From Nitrospirota bacterium (GTDB taxonomy: Bacteria; Nitrospirota; UBA9217), in contig CAVWHO010000016.1 in the NCBI GenBank assembly GCA_963754875.1, forward strand, positions 320,001-384,000: a stretch of DNA of 64,000 nucleotides, given 5' to 3'. The first letter of the stretch is position 1, and each line of letters opens with the position of its first letter. Made by a program: the position numbers and the translations under genes. The notes beneath the pieces are model-generated. The model did not search any database, was not told the DNA's origin, and was given only the letters and a program-made list of their open reading frames with translations. Below, one piece after another: positions 62,291-64,000 of this stretch.

Positions 62291-64000
62291 TTACTCCGTC
62301 ATGACCCGGCACAAGGTCGCGCTGAACAAATCAAGAGTGAAGGGTTTTGCCATGACTCCTTTGAAACCGTAGGACCGGTACTGGGCCATTACAAGATCAT
62401 TCGAATAGCCGCTTGCTACGATAACGCGCGCCGCAGGGTCGAATTCGAGCAACTTCCCTACGGCATCTTTTCCGCCCATGCCGCCCGGGATGGTCAGGTC
62501 CATGATGACGGCGTTGATTGGCCTGCCCTCCTGCGATGCCTCACGGTACTGCTCAAGAGCTTCCGCGCCGTCGCGTACCAGGACCGGCTCGTATCCCAAC
62601 GCCGTGAGCATCTGCCCAGCGACACTCCGCACCGCATCTTCGTCGTCCATGACGAGGACCCTGCCTTTTCCACCGCCCCGCGTAACCTGTCGTGCAGCCT
62701 TCACGGGAAGTTGCCGCAACGAGGCGGGCAGATAAACGTGAAAAACGGAACCGGCGCCGGGTTCGGACTCAACATCGATGAAGCCGCCGTGCTTGTGGAT
62801 AATGGAATAGCTGGTTGCCAGCCCAAGGCCGCTCCCGGTCGGTTTGGTCGTGAAATAGGGATCAAAGATCTTCAAGAGGTTTTCTTTGGGGATGCCGATC
62901 CCCTGGTCTTTTACCGATATTTTTATATGGGGGCCAGTTGAAAGCGGCAACGGGTCTCCCGGCGCGACGATGACGTTCGAGCAGGTCACCTGTACGGCTC
63001 CGCCGTGAGGCATCGCCTGCGCCGCATTGATGATCAGGTTCTGCATCACTTGACTGATCTGGCCGGCGTCGACGTCGGACGGCATGAGGTCCTCGGCAAA
63101 AGATAAATCACATTTTACATTTGAACCACTGAGAGAAAACGAACAGGACTCTCCGACGATGTCACGGATCGAGGAAGTCTTCTTGATCGGCGTGCCGCCC
63201 TTGGCAAACGTCAGCAGCTGTTGGGTAAGTTCCCGTGCCGAGAGAACGGCCTTCTCCACATCCCGGAGCCTGGGGGTCAATTTGTCCGGATACTGCACAT
63301 CAAGCTCTGCCAGTGATATGTTGCCGAGAATGACGGTCAGGAGATTATTGAAATCATGGGCGATCCCGCCGGCGAGGACGCCGATGGATTCCAACTTCTC
63401 GATCTTCACGAGTTCGGTCTCTGTTTTCTTCCGCTCCGTGATGTCACGGACGATTCCGACGGCGTGCCATTGCCCTGTCAACTCCAGCGCCGACGTGGAC
63501 ACTTCCATGGGAAACTCGGTTCCGCCCTTTCGCAGTGCCATGAATTCACGGGTGGTCCCGACGGCCGGACCCAGGCCCGTCCGGACAAAGTGCTCAAATC
63601 CCTTCTGGTAGTTTTCGTGAAACGCCGGGGGGGCGAGGAGCGCATGCAATTCCCTGCCCAGGATTTCCTGCGGCGTGTAGCCGAACATCTTTACCGCGGC
63701 GGAGTTCCAGTAAGTGATTCTACCCCGATTGTTCATGACAATGATTGCATCCGCTGCGGTCGTGGCAATGGCGCGAAATTTATCTTCGCTCTCCTGCAGG
63801 GACTTGAGCGCCTGGTCCAGCGCATGCAGAGGAAACACACGGAGGAGGAAAAACGAGCCGGTTCCCAAAGCGATGCCGAGGAATCCCAGAACAAGCGCGT
63901 TGATCAGGATCGGCCGCTGTGAGCGGCTGATCTCGACCCGCGCAACGACCCTCCCCGAATCATAGAGGACATGGGAACGGGTAATGAGCGGAGACGGCAA
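62291..64000 (-). CDS. Membrane PAS-domain hybrid sensor histidine kinase/receiver (5' end outside the window)
   Basis: TM helix, PAS domain, H-box GGIAHDFNNLL, N/G boxes, FDPYFTTK, receiver VLVMDDE...MDLTIPG. Confidence 0.93.
   Translation of the reverse strand: MPSPLITRSHVLYDSGRVVARVEISRSQRPILINALVLGFLGIALGTGSFFLLRVFPLHALDQALKSLQESEDKFRAIATTAADAIIVMNNRGRITYWNSAAVKMFGYTPQEILGRELHALLAPPAFHENYQKGFEHFVRTGLGPAVGTTREFMALRKGGTEFPMEVSTSALELTGQWHAVGIVRDITERKKTETELVKIEKLESIGVLAGGIAHDFNNLLTVILGNISLAELDVQYPDKLTPRLRDVEKAVLSARELTQQLLTFAKGGTPIKKTSSIRDIVGESCSFSLSGSNVKCDLSFAEDLMPSDVDAGQISQVMQNLIINAAQAMPHGGAVQVTCSNVIVAPGDPLPLSTGPHIKISVKDQGIGIPKENLLKIFDPYFTTKPTGSGLGLATSYSIIHKHGGFIDVESEPGAGSVFHVYLPASLRQLPVKAARQVTRGGGKGRVLVMDDEDAVRSVAGQMLTALGYEPVLVRDGAEALEQYREASQEGRPINAVIMDLTIPGGMGGKDAVGKLLEFDPAARVIVASGYSNDLVMAQYRSYGFKGVMAKPFTLDLFSATLCRVMTE

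Overview
A 64-kb, mostly GC-rich bacterial segment. The gene complement and sigma54/GEMM regulatory signals suggest a Nitrospirota- or Desulfobacterota-like anaerobe or microaerophile (inference only). The core is a dispersed central-carbon cluster: aconitase, citrate synthase, succinate-semialdehyde dehydrogenase and a ThDP enzyme in one operon; glutamate dehydrogenase; malic enzyme; fumC-sdhCAB; class V FBP aldolase/phosphatase; GTP-PEPCK; cytochrome bd; a two-subunit pyruvate-carboxylase-like enzyme; transaldolase; and purH. Accessory genes are interspersed: Usp, an ABC exporter, DUF2950, M16 and C11 proteases, a HEPN-MNT toxin-antitoxin pair, PolX, a patatin and a hybrid histidine kinase. 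About a dozen genes are split by single-base frameshifts, most likely long-read indel errors. Main points of interest: (1) a GEMM-I riboswitch with the A20 signature of the 3',3'-cGAMP-sensing subclass, with its own promoter and terminator, ahead of DUF309-DUF393; (2) an acn-gltA-ssaD-'ALS' operon that looks like a cyanobacterial-type 2-oxoglutarate decarboxylase/SSADH TCA bypass; (3) an uncharacterised tandem kinase-pseudokinase next to PEPCK; (4) a ~865-bp direct duplication 35 kb apart; (5) four sigma54 promoters, three of them clustered around an AT-rich patatin gene; (6) heptamer repeats, one tract translated in frame inside an Fe-S protein. I saw no tRNA, rRNA, CRISPR array or transposase.
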